Positions 26,188 to 35,461 of a stretch of 62,814 nt of DNA are shown here, piece by piece. Numbering within the stretch: the stretch's first letter is position 1; each line of letters opens with the position of its first letter. The position numbers and the translations under genes are program-made. The notes under the pieces are model-generated. The model was not told where the DNA came from. It made no database searches and worked only from the letters and a program-made list of their open reading frames with translations. This DNA comes from a virus (lineage: Duplodnaviria > Caudoviricetes), in the IMG/VR virus record IMGVR_UViG_3300008255_000011, positions 1 through 62,814 of that record; one strand, given 5' to 3'.

Positions 26188-27519
26188 GTGAACGAGGCAC
26201 GCGTACCTCCTCACGACCTGGCCGCCGAGCGCGCAGTCCTCGGGGCCCTCCTGATCGACGCCGAGGCGCTGGCCGAGGTGGTCGCCATCCTCCGGCCCGA
26301 GGACTTCTACCGGTCCTCCCACCAGGCGATCTTCGCCGAGGTTCACGCAGCCTTCTCGGAGGGATCCGAGGTCGACGTGGTGATCCTCCGGGAGCGGCTT
26401 GACCGGACTGGGAAGCTCGAGGTCGCCGGCGGGGAAGATGCCCTCCACGACCTCGCCACGGCATTCCCGACTTCCGCCAACGCCGCGCACTACGCCAGGA
26501 TCGTTCGGGAGCACGCCACCCGCCGGGCCGTGATCCGGGCCGCGGTGGAGATGACCCAGGAGGCCTTCGACGGCGAGGGGAAAGCATCCGAGATCCTGGA
26601 CGCGGCCGCCGGCCGGCTGATCGCGATCGACCGAGCGACCACTCCGGGGTCTGGTGCGGATCTCGCCGGCATGCTCGACGGCTTCGTGCGCAACTGGGAA
26701 CGCGGAGAGAAGCAGGCACCAGGCATCCCGACACACCTCCACGACCTGAACGAGTACATCGGCGGCTTCCGCCCGGGCGAACTCGTGATCGTGGCGGGTC
26801 GGCCCTCCATGGGCAAGACGACGCTGGCCATGAACTTCGTCGAGCACGCAGCGCTCCAGCACCAGACCCCCGTGGCCGTCTTTTCCCTCGAGATGCAGAA
26901 GGAGCAGATCGGGGAGGGGATCATCGCCAGCAACGCCGGGGTCAACCCCCGCTCGCTCCGAGATGGAGTGAGTCCCGAGGACTGGCCGCGGCTCGCCTCG
27001 TCCGCCTCGAGGTTCCTCGCCGGCGCCCGGGTGATCATCGACGACTCCCCGCGGGTGACGACCGTGGGCATCCGCTCCTCGCTCCGCAGGATCATGGCCA
27101 GGACCCCCGACCTCGGCCTCGTGGTGGTCGACTACCTGCAGCTCATGGACGCCTCGAAAAAGGCAGAGAGCCGCCAACAGGAAGTGACGGAGATCAGCCG
27201 TTCGCTGAAGGCCATCGCCCGGGAGTTTCGGGTCGCGGTGATCGCGGTCTGCCAGCTGTCCCGCGCTGTAGAGAACCGCACGCCTCCGCGGCCGAGAATG
27301 AGCGACCTCCGCGAGTCAGGGAGTCTCGAGCAGGACGCGGACCTGATCCTCCTCCTCTACCGGGAGGATTACTACGACCAGGACACGGAGAACAAGGGGG
27401 TCGCCGAGATCAACGTCGCGAAACACAGGACCGGGCCGACGGGAACGGTAAGAGTCGCCTTCCAGCCACACCACCTCCGGTTCCGGGACGTCGCCCGGAA
27501 CTACGGGTTCCCGGCATGA
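26188..27519 (+). CDS. dnaB: Replicative DNA helicase
   Basis: PPHDLAAERAVLG, GRPSMGKT, VVDYLQLM, LRESGSLEQDAD, KHRTGPTG. Confidence 0.95.
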   Translation: MNEARVPPHDLAAERAVLGALLIDAEALAEVVAILRPEDFYRSSHQAIFAEVHAAFSEGSEVDVVILRERLDRTGKLEVAGGEDALHDLATAFPTSANAAHYARIVREHATRRAVIRAAVEMTQEAFDGEGKASEILDAAAGRLIAIDRATTPGSGADLAGMLDGFVRNWERGEKQAPGIPTHLHDLNEYIGGFRPGELVIVAGRPSMGKTTLAMNFVEHAALQHQTPVAVFSLEMQKEQIGEGIIASNAGVNPRSLRDGVSPEDWPRLASSASRFLAGARVIIDDSPRVTTVGIRSSLRRIMARTPDLGLVVVDYLQLMDASKKAESRQQEVTEISRSLKAIAREFRVAVIAVCQLSRAVENRTPPRPRMSDLRESGSLEQDADLILLLYREDYYDQDTENKGVAEINVAKHRTGPTGTVRVAFQPHHLRFRDVARNYGFPA

Positions 27520-27748
27520 GCCCTGCCGTCGAGATTGTCACCTCTCAGGGTGGGGTCATGGTCCGCGTCCAGTCCGTCACCGCCTGGCTCTTCGCGGACA
27601 AGTTCGGCGCGATCCGGATCTGTCCCCCTGGGTGGCCACCCGGATCAAGGACGTGACCCAGCTCGAGGACGTGACGGCGGTCCTGTTCGTGGTCGCGGAC
27701 AGGATGCGGCGGGGCCTCAATCCGGCGACGGGGGAGCCAATCCAGTGA
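27516..27748 (+). pseudogene. Small gene apparently split by a 1-nt frameshift near 27624-27632
   Basis: ATGA-coupled start; the -1 frame continues to a stop overlapping the next GTG. Confidence 0.35.
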
Positions 27749-28386
27749 CCCTCCCCTCCCACATCCCCGCCGAGGTCTACGCCGCCTACGTTCGGGAACA
27801 ACGTGCGAGGCCCGGCCTCGGACTCGAGAACTTCCTCGCGGAGCGGGCCCCCGGCCTGCTTCCCCCGGAACCCCGCCCGCTGGCCGAGTGTGCGGGCCCG
27901 ACGATCCCATCCGGATCCAAGGGCCAGCTGGTCGCCGAACGCGACGTGGGCCAACGGGGGGCGCCAGGGCGCACGGAGCACCGCGTCACGGGATCCCGCC
28001 ACAACGCGATCCGGGTCCACCGGCCGGACCTCGGCGTCACCTTCCGGAGCCTCACCGAGGAGCGGCGGCACGACCACCTGGTCGCGCGGCAGGACGTCGT
28101 CCACCTGGACTACGAGCCGCTCTTTCGCATGCCGAGCGGGAACACGTACCGGGCGGACTTCCTCGTCTGGACCTGCGCGTGTACCTGCTGCCACAAGCCC
28201 GCCTGTGGGGTCTGCGCGAAGGGCGACCACTACCCAGTGGCCGAGTGGGTGGAGGACGTGAAGGCGCCGGGGAAGCTCGGGACCGCCTTCCTGCGGGCCC
28301 GGCGCGAGTTCGACGCCTGGCACCCGCTCGCGCCGCTGCGGGTGATCTCGTGGGATGCGAAGGAGGCGGAGTGGATCGATCGGTGA
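27745..28386 (+). CDS. PD-(D/E)xK nuclease-like protein (DUF1064-like)
   Basis: GVTFRSLTE, YRADFLV, VEDVK. Confidence 0.65.
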   Translation: MTLPSHIPAEVYAAYVREQRARPGLGLENFLAERAPGLLPPEPRPLAECAGPTIPSGSKGQLVAERDVGQRGAPGRTEHRVTGSRHNAIRVHRPDLGVTFRSLTEERRHDHLVARQDVVHLDYEPLFRMPSGNTYRADFLVWTCACTCCHKPACGVCAKGDHYPVAEWVEDVKAPGKLGTAFLRARREFDAWHPLAPLRVISWDAKEAEWIDR

Positions 28387-28530
28387 TCAAGAAGCGGGGC
28401 GGTACGGGTGGTGAAAACACCCGCCCGCCCCTGACCCAGAGGACCGTCGGGTGGTTGAGGCACCTTCGCGGTTGCCTTCCAGGCTGTCCTCGATCTTGCC
28501 ACGGGGGAGACCCCCGCGAGGAGGAAAGCT

Positions 28531-28842
28531 ATGTCGAGGGCGTTCGAAGACGCAGTCCAGGACCTGCAGGCGGGGCTCCGTGCCCTGGAGCGGCTGTTCC
28601 AGGGCACGGCCCCGGAGGGAGAGCAGCTCGCCCTCGTCCATCGGCGGATCGCCGCCGTGGTGCGGGAGTGCGGTACCCGGATAGAGGCCATGCTCTTCGA
28701 GGCAGACGACCTCGAGCTGACCGCGAAGATCGCGCGGTTCGAGCGGCTCCTCTCTGGCATGTCCCGCGACCGGAAGCTCCGGCTCGTCGAGCGGCTGGAG
28801 CGGATCATCAACGGCGGGGAGTTCCCGCCTCAATTCGCGTAG
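28531..28842 (+). CDS. Hypothetical helical protein
   Basis: GAGGAGG RBS; 103 aa. Confidence 0.6.
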   Translation: MSRAFEDAVQDLQAGLRALERLFQGTAPEGEQLALVHRRIAAVVRECGTRIEAMLFEADDLELTAKIARFERLLSGMSRDRKLRLVERLERIINGGEFPPQFA

Positions 28843-28846
28843 CACG

Positions 28847-29104
28847 ATGCCACCAGGAAGGAGGCCCGCTCTGAGTCCCGGCGCCCGAGATCTCCGCACT
28901 GTCCGCTGCGCCTGCGGGAGGTTCCTCGGCGCCGACGAACACCCCGCGGCCGACGGCACCTTCGTGATCTGCCGCGGCTGCGGGAGGCGTGGTCGCATGC
29001 GGGACTTCTTCGGGGGGCGCTGGGACCTGATCGGACACGTGGGCCGAAAGCCTCCCCCGCATGGTGGGGCAAAACACCTTGACGGCACAACGGGTGGGCC
29101 TTAG
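28847..29104 (+). CDS. Zn-ribbon protein, Mu Com-like
   Basis: VRCACGRFLG...VICRGCGR. Confidence 0.5.
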   Translation: MPPGRRPALSPGARDLRTVRCACGRFLGADEHPAADGTFVICRGCGRRGRMRDFFGGRWDLIGHVGRKPPPHGGAKHLDGTTGGP

Positions 29105-29107
29105 CCT
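29079..29107 (+). promoter_or_regulatory. Sigma70-type promoter TTGACG-N17-TAGCCT for the sigma/glycosylation/packaging operon
   Basis: Consensus spacing; upstream of the structured leader. Confidence 0.6.
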
Positions 29108-29150
29108 CTCAGGCTGACAGCTCGTAAAAGGGATAGCCCAGTCGGACCAA

Positions 29151-29245
29151 GGGAAAGCCCCCCACTCTCACCGGAGGCGTGAGCTCCGCGGGAGATGTTC
29201 CCCGCGTAGTTTTCGCAGCACCTGGTGCGGGTGGGGGGCTTTTCC
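29151..29245 (+). ncRNA. Candidate four-way-junction structured RNA leader
   Basis: 17-bp closing stem 29151-29167/29229-29245 enclosing three small hairpins. Confidence 0.5.
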
Positions 29246-29266
29246 GATTCCAGGAGCGAGGTGGGA

Positions 29267-30043
29267 GTGCTGACCAGATCACGGATCGCGGCTACTGGAT
29301 GCGCCCTGCTCCTCACGGCGGTCGCTCTCAAGGCGGCGGACGAGGCCGAACTCTGGGCGCGCCGGGACCGGGACCCGACGGCGCGCCAGGAGCTGGTCGG
29401 GCGATACCACTTCGTCGTCGGCAGGGTAGTGCGAAACGTCATCCGCCGCCTCCGTCTGCCCGAGCGCATCGATGCCGACGAGATCGTGTCCGACCTCTAC
29501 GAGACCTACGTCCGGACGATCGACCGCTACGACCCGACCCGCGGCGTCCGGCCGGAGACCTTCCTCGACCGGCGGCTCAGGTGGGCGGCGATCGACTGGC
29601 TCGGCGGGCGCGTGTCGGCGGAGCGTCGGCTGCAGGCCGCCGAGCAGGAGTTCGAGGCACACCCGAGCCCCACGACAAGCGCTCGCCTGGCCGCGACCAG
29701 GTCGGCGGCCTCTCTCGCGGCGCCGGCGTCACTCGAGGAGGCTGTGCAAGGAAAGACCGACCGCGCCCTCGTGCAGGTCGTGGAGGCGGAGATGGCCGCC
29801 GCGCCGCCCCCCTTTGACCGTGTGGACCGGGCGCATGTCGCCGATCGGCTGAGGGCTGATCTCCAGGAGAGGCCCTGGTCCGTCATCGCCGCGCACTACC
29901 TCCTGGGATGGCCCCTGGACGACATCGCCTCGGGCTTGGGACTCACTCCATCCTACGTCCAAGACGTCCATCGGCGCGCGCTCCAGGACCTCCGGGAAAC
30001 GGGGGCTGGGGAGTGGCTCCTCGGGCTGGCCTCGGCAGAGTAG
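29267..30043 (+). CDS. Phage RNA polymerase sigma factor, FliA/WhiG-like (start uncertain)
   Basis: Region 2 IDRYDPTRGVRPETFLDRRLRWAAIDWL; region 4 HTH LDDIASGLGLTPSYVQDVHRRAL. Confidence 0.82.
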   Translation: MLTRSRIAATGCALLLTAVALKAADEAELWARRDRDPTARQELVGRYHFVVGRVVRNVIRRLRLPERIDADEIVSDLYETYVRTIDRYDPTRGVRPETFLDRRLRWAAIDWLGGRVSAERRLQAAEQEFEAHPSPTTSARLAATRSAASLAAPASLEEAVQGKTDRALVQVVEAEMAAAPPPFDRVDRAHVADRLRADLQERPWSVIAAHYLLGWPLDDIASGLGLTPSYVQDVHRRALQDLRETGAGEWLLGLASAE

Positions 30044-30053
30044 GAGGTCGCGC

Positions 30054-31028
30054 ATGGTTGACCCCGGGCGAAACGACCCCTGCCCCTGCGGATCGGGCCG
30101 GAAGTGGAAGGTTTGTTGCCTGCACGGAGATGTCGCGGCGAAGGAGCCTGCCTTCACTCTGCCCGCGGCGAAGCGGTTCCTGATGGTCCTCTCCGGCGGG
30201 ATGGGGGACGCGCTCTTCGCCCTCCCGACGCTCCTCGCGGCGAAGGACCGGGCAGACGCTGAGTGGCGCCGCAGTCAGGCCGCGTGGATGGTCCGCAGTG
30301 GGACGGTGCCGATCCTCGAGGTCATCCGCGCCGGACGGCCGGACCTGGCCGAGCACCTTGAGCCAGTGGTCGTCGAGGACGTCGGTGTCCGGGTCGGGTG
30401 GGACGCGCCGCCGGCGGAGTGGATCAAGGCATACCCCGGCTTCCACGGCGCGCTGAACGCCTCGATCCGTAAGGCACCTCCGCGCGACGTCCATCTCACC
30501 AGGTGGATCGGCCACCTGGCGGGAGTCGAGCCCGTGTCGGAGCCGGTCTTCCTCTCTGCGGCGGGGGTTGCCGCCCTCGACCCAGTAGCCCCGGTCGGAC
30601 GGGTGGTCTACCAGCCGACCTGCGCAGCCCCTGAGCTCGTGCCGGTGGACCTGCTCTACGCCCGCCTCCCGCGAGGAACGATCGTCGTCCGGCAGGGATC
30701 CGACCCAGGTCTTCCGGCCGAGCTCCTCGAGCGCTACGGCTACGAGGAGTGGGTGAACAGGCCGCTCGCGACGGTAGCGGCGACGGTGGCCCGGGCCCGG
30801 CTCGTGGTCGGATGCTCCGGACTGCTCCCGCTCCTGGCCGCGCACCTTCGCGTGCCGGCGGTGATGGTGCACGAGGGGACGACCCCGGAGACGTGCGGCA
30901 TCACGCCGTGGGGCGGTCTCGATCTACTTGCTCCGCGTTTCCAGGGCGCCCTCGAGGTTCTCTTTCAGCGCCTGCTCGGCGAGGCCTACGTCGAGCAGGA
31001 GGAAGGAGCGGTGCCCCTTGTCCGGTGA
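30054..31028 (+). CDS. SEC-C motif fused to a GT9-like glycosyltransferase
   Basis: GRNDPCPCGSGRKWKVCC; GGMGDALFALP; ARLVVGCSGLL.LLAAHL.VPAV. Confidence 0.7.
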   Translation: MVDPGRNDPCPCGSGRKWKVCCLHGDVAAKEPAFTLPAAKRFLMVLSGGMGDALFALPTLLAAKDRADAEWRRSQAAWMVRSGTVPILEVIRAGRPDLAEHLEPVVVEDVGVRVGWDAPPAEWIKAYPGFHGALNASIRKAPPRDVHLTRWIGHLAGVEPVSEPVFLSAAGVAALDPVAPVGRVVYQPTCAAPELVPVDLLYARLPRGTIVVRQGSDPGLPAELLERYGYEEWVNRPLATVAATVARARLVVGCSGLLPLLAAHLRVPAVMVHEGTTPETCGITPWGGLDLLAPRFQGALEVLFQRLLGEAYVEQEEGAVPLVR

Positions 31029-31599
31029 CCACCTCCACGAGGTCACGGCGGTGATCCCGGTCGGCCCGGGGGACACGCCCTACCCGGCGCTCCGGACCCT
31101 CCGCGGCCCGCGTGAAATCGTCGTCGTCGACGATCCGGACGGGAGGGGGGCACCGTGGGCGAGGAACCGCGGTTTCGAGAAGGTCCGGACTCCGTTCGTG
31201 CTCTTCTCGGACGCGGACGTCGAGTGGGAGCCGGACGCGGTCGAGGCGCTGTGCGCGGCGCTTCTGGCCGCTCCTGAGGCGGCCTACGCCTACGGCTCCT
31301 ACGAGATGGACGGCGCGGTCTACTGCGACCGCCCCTTCGACGCGGCGGCGCTGCGCCGGAACAACTTCGTCTCGACGATGAGCCTCGTCCGCCGGGAGGC
31401 CTTCCCGGGCTTCGACGAGGACCTCCCGCGGCTCCAGGACTGGGACCTGTGGCTCACGATGCTCGAGCAGGGCCGGACCGGGATCTCCTGCGGGTGGCGG
31501 ATCTTCCGGACGCAGAAGCGCACGGGCATCTCTTTCGGCGGCCCGGTCACGTGGGAACAGGCCCGCGCGATCGTCGCCAGGAAGCACGGGTTGCCATGA
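31018..31599 (+). CDS. Glycosyltransferase family 2
   Basis: VIPV, ARNRG, FSDAD, FDEDLPRLQDWDLWL. Confidence 0.85.
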   Translation: MSGDHLHEVTAVIPVGPGDTPYPALRTLRGPREIVVVDDPDGRGAPWARNRGFEKVRTPFVLFSDADVEWEPDAVEALCAALLAAPEAAYAYGSYEMDGAVYCDRPFDAAALRRNNFVSTMSLVRREAFPGFDEDLPRLQDWDLWLTMLEQGRTGISCGWRIFRTQKRTGISFGGPVTWEQARAIVARKHGLP

Positions 31600-32360
31600 G
31601 GATCGCAGTCGTCACCATCACCCGGGACCGTCTCGAGTACACGAAGCGGTGCTTCGCGGCGCTCCGGCAGAACGCCAGGGTCCCGTTCTCACACTACGTG
31701 ATCGACAACGGGAGCGAGGATGGGACGGCCGACTGGCTCGAGGAGAACCGCGGCGGGTTCACGCTCGTGCGGATCCTCCCGGAGAACAGGGGGATCGGCG
31801 TGGCATGGGCGAGGGGTGTGCGCGCTGCCCTCGCCGCGGGAGACGAGGCAATGGTCAAGCTCGACAACGACGGAGCGCTGGTCACGCACGGCGCCCTCTC
31901 CGTCCTCGCCGGCCTGTTCCGCGCCTTCGACCGGATCGGAGAGAAGTGGATCCTCTCGCCCCGGGTCGAGGGGATCGTCCACCAGCCGCGCCGCGTCCGG
32001 GAGTCCCTCCTCGAGGCCGACGGCCACGACGCCCACCAGTTCGACCAGGGGTACCCGTTCCGCATCGGCGAGACGGGCATGGTCGGCGGTCTCTGCCTCG
32101 CGGCGCCGGCGGATCTCTACCGGGAGTACCCGTGGCCGACGGGCCTGCCAAAGGCGCAGGGCTGGGACTCCGCGCTCTGCGCGTGGGCGCGCGCCCACGG
32201 CTGGCGGACCGGTTACGTCGAGGACCTGGTCGTCGAGCACATGGACGGGACGGACGCCCAGGCCCGGCGCTACCCGAGCTACCACGCCCGGAAGATGCGC
32301 GAGCTCGGGCGGCCGTCGGAGCACTGGGACGCCCTCGCCGCGCAGGGGGGTGGCGAGTGA
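31596..32360 (+). CDS. Glycosyltransferase family 2
   Basis: VIDNGSEDGT, ENRGI, KLDND. Confidence 0.85.
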   Translation: MRIAVVTITRDRLEYTKRCFAALRQNARVPFSHYVIDNGSEDGTADWLEENRGGFTLVRILPENRGIGVAWARGVRAALAAGDEAMVKLDNDGALVTHGALSVLAGLFRAFDRIGEKWILSPRVEGIVHQPRRVRESLLEADGHDAHQFDQGYPFRIGETGMVGGLCLAAPADLYREYPWPTGLPKAQGWDSALCAWARAHGWRTGYVEDLVVEHMDGTDAQARRYPSYHARKMRELGRPSEHWDALAAQGGGE

Positions 32361-32863
32361 GGGTGTTCGTGACGGGCACGGGCAGGATGGGCAGTCTCAC
32401 CTTCGCGAAGGCTTGCGAGCACGTTCACGGGTTCACCGCGGCCCACGAGAGCCTCCGTGGGGAGCAGCTCCTCGACCCGGTCTACCCTGACAACCACATC
32501 GAAATCGGTCCCCACCTGGTGTGGATCATACCGGACCTGCTCTATCGCTATCCGAGGGCGAAGTGGTTCGTCCTAACGCGCGACCGGGCGGCAGTGGTCC
32601 GCAGCATCGCGCAGCGGCCGTCACTCCCCGGGTGGTCCAGGCTCGCGTTCAACCGGACCGAAGTCCCCTCGCCCGACGCCGCGGCGCGGTTCGTCGACTT
32701 CGTCGAGGGCGCGCTGCATGGGATGCTCCCCGAGGCAACCTGGCTCCGGACCCCGGTCGACCAGGTCGACTGGGAGGATTTCCTCTTCGATCTCCGTGCG
32801 ACCGCCGACCCCGTGGCCCTGCAGGTCCTCCAGACCGTCCACAACGCGGGAGGTGCTGCGTGA
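32357..32863 (+). CDS. Sulfotransferase-like P-loop protein
   Basis: VFVTGTGRMGS, AHE, YPRAKWFVLTRDRAAVVRS. Confidence 0.65.
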   Translation: MRVFVTGTGRMGSLTFAKACEHVHGFTAAHESLRGEQLLDPVYPDNHIEIGPHLVWIIPDLLYRYPRAKWFVLTRDRAAVVRSIAQRPSLPGWSRLAFNRTEVPSPDAAARFVDFVEGALHGMLPEATWLRTPVDQVDWEDFLFDLRATADPVALQVLQTVHNAGGAA

Positions 32864-33402
32864 TCACCGTCGAGCCCCTCCTTCCCAGGCGCCTCGAGAT
32901 CGGCGGCCACCCCGCTCCGGTACCGGGCTTCGAGCAGCTCCCCGCCGGCGTCCGGTGGGGGACCGACCGGCTGCCGTACCCGGACGGCACCTTCGCCGAG
33001 GTCTACTCCTCCCACGTGATCGAGCACGTTCCGTGGTGGCTCACTCAGGCGGCGATCACCGAGGCGGTGCGTGTCCTCGAGCCGGGCGGCCTCCTCGAGA
33101 TCCACACCGTAGACTTCGGGTACCTCGTCCGCTGCTACCAGGCTCGCGACGCCGGTGACGGGTGGCAGGCCCGGGGGAAGAACCCCCATCTCCACCCGAT
33201 CCGCTGGCTCGCGTCCCGCCTCTACTCCGTCGACGAGGACCTCGGCGGGGACAACTGGCACCGGGCGGTCTTCGACTGGCCCTACCTGGTGGAACTGCTC
33301 TCCGGCGCTGGCCTCGCGGGGATCGACCGGGCGTGGGAGCCCCGCGGGCGGGAGAAGCACGGCGCGATCAACATCGGGATCCGCGGGAGGAAGCCCGCAT
33401 GA
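32860..33402 (+). CDS. SAM-dependent methyltransferase (Methyltransf_11-like)
   Basis: LEIGGH, LPYPDGTF.EVYSSHVIEH, RVLEPGG. Confidence 0.85.
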   Translation: MITVEPLLPRRLEIGGHPAPVPGFEQLPAGVRWGTDRLPYPDGTFAEVYSSHVIEHVPWWLTQAAITEAVRVLEPGGLLEIHTVDFGYLVRCYQARDAGDGWQARGKNPHLHPIRWLASRLYSVDEDLGGDNWHRAVFDWPYLVELLSGAGLAGIDRAWEPRGREKHGAINIGIRGRKPA

Positions 33403-34217
33403 ACTTCGCATCCTTCGCCGACCTCGCCCGCGACGTCCTCGAGCTGATCCCCTTCTGCCTGGAGCGCGATGTCTCCGCGGTCTACGGCGTGCCCCGCTCC
33501 GGGCTGGCGCCGGCGACGATTCTCGCGACGGCCCTCCACGTCCCGGTGGGGATCCCAGGCGGCGAGCTCGTTGCGGGCCGCAGGGTGACCACCAGGGCGC
33601 GGCCGGCGTGTGGGCTCCCGCTCCTGATCGACGACACGGTGAACCACGGCGGGAGCCTGCGGAAGGCCCGGGCCGCCATGGGGGACCGCGCCCACCTGGC
33701 CGCCTGCGTCTACGTCACGCCCGGAAGCGAGCAGCACGTCGACGCCTACGCGAGGCAGCTCCCCGGGCCCCGGGTGTTCGAGTGGAACCTCTTCCACTGC
33801 GAGCAGAGCCCGCGGTTCATGTTCGACCTGGACGGGGTCTTCGCCTTCGACCCGCCGATCTTCGACGACGACGGCCCGGCGTACGAGGCCGCGATCACCG
33901 ACGCCCGACCGAAGCACATCGCCACGTGGGGGGTCGGCTGGATCTGCACGAACCGGATCGCGCGGTGGCGTCCGCAGACCCTGGCGTGGCTGAGGCGGTA
34001 CTCGATCATGGTCGAGCACGAGCTCCTCATGCAGCCGTACGCGACGGCCGCGGAGAGGCGCGCTCGGTCGACGCCGGCGGCGTTCAAGGCGGCCCGGTAC
34101 CGGGAGGCCCCGGGCTGCCAGCTCTTCGTCGAGTCCCACGAGAGCCAGGCCGTGGAGATCGCGCGCCTCTCGGGCCGACCCGTCCTCGCCATCGACACCA
34201 TGAGGCTCCACGAATGA
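33399..34217 (+). CDS. Phosphoribosyltransferase-HAD phosphatase fusion
   Basis: GVPRSGL and LLIDDTVNHGGSL (PRPP loop); FDLDGV HAD motif I. Confidence 0.78.
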   Translation: MNFASFADLARDVLELIPFCLERDVSAVYGVPRSGLAPATILATALHVPVGIPGGELVAGRRVTTRARPACGLPLLIDDTVNHGGSLRKARAAMGDRAHLAACVYVTPGSEQHVDAYARQLPGPRVFEWNLFHCEQSPRFMFDLDGVFAFDPPIFDDDGPAYEAAITDARPKHIATWGVGWICTNRIARWRPQTLAWLRRYSIMVEHELLMQPYATAAERRARSTPAAFKAARYREAPGCQLFVESHESQAVEIARLSGRPVLAIDTMRLHE

Positions 34218-35461
34218 CCCCCGAAATCGACATCATCATCCCGGTCTGGAACCAGCCCGAGCTCACCGTGGCCTGCCTCCGCTCGATCCGGGAGCACACC
34301 CCGGAGGCCTACCGGATCGTCCTCGTCGACAACGGAAGCGAGCCGGAGGCCTTCGCCGCGGTGGACGCGGAACTGCAGAACCATCCGCACCTGCTCATCC
34401 GCAACCAGACTAACCTCGGCTTCGTGAAGGCGACGAACCGCGGGATCTGCGCGTCGGACGCGCCGCTCCTGGTGATCATGAACAACGACACCGAGGCGGC
34501 CCCAGGTTGGATCGCAAAGCTCACGGCCCCGCTTGCAATCCCCATGGTGGCCGCGGTGGGGCCACTCACGACGACTCCGCACTCCTGGCAGGGGCAGTGG
34601 GCCGGGCGAGGCGGCTGGGTGGTACTCGGGCCAGATGCGATGCTCGCCTTCTTCTGCGTGCTCATCCGCCGGCGAGCGGTGGACCAGATCGGCCTCCTCG
34701 ATGAGGACTACGGGATCGGCTTCGCGGATGACGACGATTACTGCTCGCGGCTCCACGAGGCTGGCTGGCGGCTCGCTCTCGCGCAGGACCTCGTCATCCC
34801 GCACCACCACCGGACGTCGTTTCGCCAGCGATTCACGGACGATGAGATCTCGGAGATGCAGGACGCCTCCCGGGCGGCGGCGAAGCCGATCCCTCGGCGG
34901 GTCCAGATCCGAACCGATCTGTCCGAATACCCGGACGGCCTCGACGACCGGCTTCTTTGGCTCGCGTCACTCTTGCAGACCTGCCCGGAACTCCCTGGCT
35001 TCGTCCTCGAGGCAGATCCGTGGTCGGTGGCAACTCTGGTCATGCTGGCGGACATCGGCAACGCCCGGTTGCCGACGATCGTTCCGGTCTTTGACGGCCG
35101 GCCGGGCGGTGCCGCCGCTCTCCCGGGGCGGCCTCGCGTTGGCCAGGGGGCCGCGCAGCGGTACCTGGAGCGGGTCCGCCTCGATCTATCCGCGGGGTGT
35201 GTCGCCCATCTCGAGGTCGGCCGCGCCGGCGCAGAGCGGACGCTGATGACGAACCCGGGCCTGCCCATGACTCTGCTCGTCGGTCGGTGGCCGGCCCCCC
35301 GTACCCCCAGTCAAGCGGAGATCGATGTCGGGCGGGGGCTGATGAGCGCCGTCCACGACGTGCCGTACGCCGTGATCCGGGACTTCCTTTCCGACCGGGG
35401 GATCGCCCTCCCCCCGGGATTCGAGGCCTTCGAGGGGGCGGAGGAGGAGGTGATACGGTGA
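34214..35461 (+). CDS. Glycosyltransferase family 2 with C-terminal extension
   Basis: IIIPVWN, VDNGS, NLGFVKATNRG, MNND, LDEDYGIGFADDDDYC. Confidence 0.88.
   Translation: MTPEIDIIIPVWNQPELTVACLRSIREHTPEAYRIVLVDNGSEPEAFAAVDAELQNHPHLLIRNQTNLGFVKATNRGICASDAPLLVIMNNDTEAAPGWIAKLTAPLAIPMVAAVGPLTTTPHSWQGQWAGRGGWVVLGPDAMLAFFCVLIRRRAVDQIGLLDEDYGIGFADDDDYCSRLHEAGWRLALAQDLVIPHHHRTSFRQRFTDDEISEMQDASRAAAKPIPRRVQIRTDLSEYPDGLDDRLLWLASLLQTCPELPGFVLEADPWSVATLVMLADIGNARLPTIVPVFDGRPGGAAALPGRPRVGQGAAQRYLERVRLDLSAGCVAHLEVGRAGAERTLMTNPGLPMTLLVGRWPAPRTPSQAEIDVGRGLMSAVHDVPYAVIRDFLSDRGIALPPGFEAFEGAEEEVIR

Noticed and set aside
29195-29209. GTTCCCCGCG as a type I-E repeat
   Set aside because: Only the 5' half is present, single copy, and it pairs with upstream sequence instead
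29151-29245. tRNA gene
   Set aside because: Closing stem is too long; no T-loop GTTCRA or D-loop consensus
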